Assembly: GCA_051819805.1 (NCBI GenBank)
Contig: JBNJHD010000001.1
Coordinates: 74,962 to 135,118 of the forward strand
From: Nanobdellota archaeon
GTDB lineage: Archaea > Nanobdellota > Nanobdellia > Woesearchaeales > SKGA01
DNA length: 60,157 bases
Direction: 5' to 3'
Numbering within the stretch: position 1 is the stretch's first letter; each line of letters starts with the position of its first letter. Positions 58,908-60,157 of this stretch are shown here, piece after piece. The notes below the pieces were generated by a model that had not been told where the DNA came from, did no database searches, and was given only the letters and a program-made list of their open reading frames with translations. A program made the position numbers and the translations under genes.

Positions 58908-60023
58908 ATGGAAAAGAAAGAATGGAAGAAGGTAGCGATCATTGTCGCTGTATTTGCAGTATTCTATTTCCTGCCTCAAAATGCAGAGTGGCTCAACGAG
59001 TCAATTACAGGAGGAGTGAACCTCTTAAGTGAATATGCGAAAGAACACGTGCTGACTTGTTTAGTACCGGCACTCTTTATCGCCGGAGCGATAGCGATTT
59101 TTATCAAGAAAGACGCTGTCTTGAAATACCTCGGGCAGAAAGCGAAAAAATGGAAATCATACAGTATCGCTTCGGTTTCAGGAGCTATTTTGGCAGTCTG
59201 CTCATGCACTATATTACCATTATTTGCAGGTATCAGAAAGCGAGGAGCTGGACTCGGTCCTGCAATCGTATTTCTATTCTCCGGACCGGCAGTCAATATC
59301 GCAGCAATATTTCTTACCATTAGTGTGCTCGGATTTCAGATAGGTATAGCGCGAATAATAGCTGCTATCGTGCTATCGATCTTGGTAGGATTGACAATGA
59401 GCTTCATCTTCAGGGAAAAGACAGAGAAAGGAAAATTATTCATGCAACAAGACGAAGGAGTGAATGTCTCAAAAACAGCAATGATCATATTCTTTCTAGC
59501 GATGGTAGGAATCCTTATCGTCAATGGGTTACAGATCGATGCTACTCTGAAATACGTCCTCATGGGAGTGTTAGCATTGAGCGTGGTGGTAATTGCACTC
59601 TTCAAATTCGCAAAGGATGTGAGAAACCAATGGCTTGAAGAGACGTGGAATTTCTCGAAACTAATATTGCCACTGCTCTTTGCAGGAGTGTTTGTGGCAG
59701 GGTTTATCATGCCACTACTTCCAGAAGCGATGATCACGAATATCGTGGGGCAGAATACGATACTCGGAAATGTGGTCGCTTCAATCTTCGGAGCGTTCAT
59801 GTACTTCTCGACACTCACGGAGATACCAATACTTCAAGCGTTGATGGCTAAGGGGATGCATTCAGGACCGGCATTAGCGTTGCTGCTGGCAGGGCCTAGC
59901 TTGAGCTTGCCAAACATGCTAGTGGTGCGAGGAGTGCTCGGCACGAAGAAGACGCTCGTGTATGTGGGGCTTGTCGTTGTGTATGCAACCCTTGGAGGAC
60001 TGGTGTTCGGAAGTATAGTCTAG
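58908..60023 (+). CDS. DUF318/ArsP-like permease
   Basis: AVCSCTILPLFAG vicinal Cys motif and about 8-10 TM helices. ATG 58908 lies 3 nt after the preceding stop. Confidence 0.75.
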   Translation: MEKKEWKKVAIIVAVFAVFYFLPQNAEWLNESITGGVNLLSEYAKEHVLTCLVPALFIAGAIAIFIKKDAVLKYLGQKAKKWKSYSIASVSGAILAVCSCTILPLFAGIRKRGAGLGPAIVFLFSGPAVNIAAIFLTISVLGFQIGIARIIAAIVLSILVGLTMSFIFREKTEKGKLFMQQDEGVNVSKTAMIIFFLAMVGILIVNGLQIDATLKYVLMGVLALSVVVIALFKFAKDVRNQWLEETWNFSKLILPLLFAGVFVAGFIMPLLPEAMITNIVGQNTILGNVVASIFGAFMYFSTLTEIPILQALMAKGMHSGPALALLLAGPSLSLPNMLVVRGVLGTKKTLVYVGLVVVYATLGGLVFGSIV

Positions 60024-60047
60024 ATGACTGTTTTTTTATATTTTTAT

Positions 60048-60157
60048 CAATCACGCCAGGTGACTTCAACATCATCAGTACGGAGATGAGGGTCGATGTG
60101 AGCTTTAGTGACTGGCGTGCAGAATTCTTGTTTGATATTATTACTGTCTTCCGTTCC
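60048..60157 (-). CDS. 3' end of a minus-strand ORF continuing beyond the window (function unknown)
   Basis: Open frame ...EFCTPVTKAHIDPHLRTDDVEVTWRD then a stop (TCA on the plus strand at 60048-60050). Confidence 0.35.

Overview
This is a 60.2-kb window from a low-GC archaeal chromosome. The archaeal call rests on aIF-1A, Spt5, SecE, FtsZ, XPD/Rad3, TruD, NreA, an archaeal-type 16S 5' end, and recurring BRE/TATA boxes of the form RAAACC-TTTTTAAA. The mix of giant glycoprotein-like surface proteins, many low-complexity Lys-rich or acidic tails, and bacterial-type imports (GrpE-DnaK-DnaJ, LspA, SppA, GH37 trehalase) fits a small-celled DPANN-like lineage. The phylum cannot be assigned by eye.

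Contents in order:
- A KaiC-like module and a convergent cheC-cheD-cheR operon. CheD carries a nested receiver-like insert.
- A 1758-aa surface protein translationally coupled to a paralogous membrane coiled-coil protein.
- A MoxR-DUF58-vWA (Bat-like) operon whose MoxR has an AT-hook repeat extension.
- Two paralogous secreted proteins plus a membrane-anchored wall-binding-repeat-like protein.
- Housekeeping and accessory genes: trehalase, nitroreductase, Fic, XPD, TruD, Adk, LspA, aIF1A, SppA, Nudix, spt5-secE-ftsZ.
- A multi-thioredoxin-fold exported protein.
- grpE-dnaK-dnaJ with a palindrome pair at the promoter.
- A 16S-tRNA(Ala)-23S operon with no 5S in the window. It has long processing stems, a perfect 50-bp tandem duplication seeded in the tRNA 3' end, and a four-helix-bundle '23S rRNA intervening-sequence protein' gene just downstream.
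- An ArsR-controlled thiol-redox/permease cluster with two copies of the same operator palindrome.

All product calls come from motif recognition by reading; no database search was run. No CRISPR array, transposase, integrase or reverse transcriptase was recognised.
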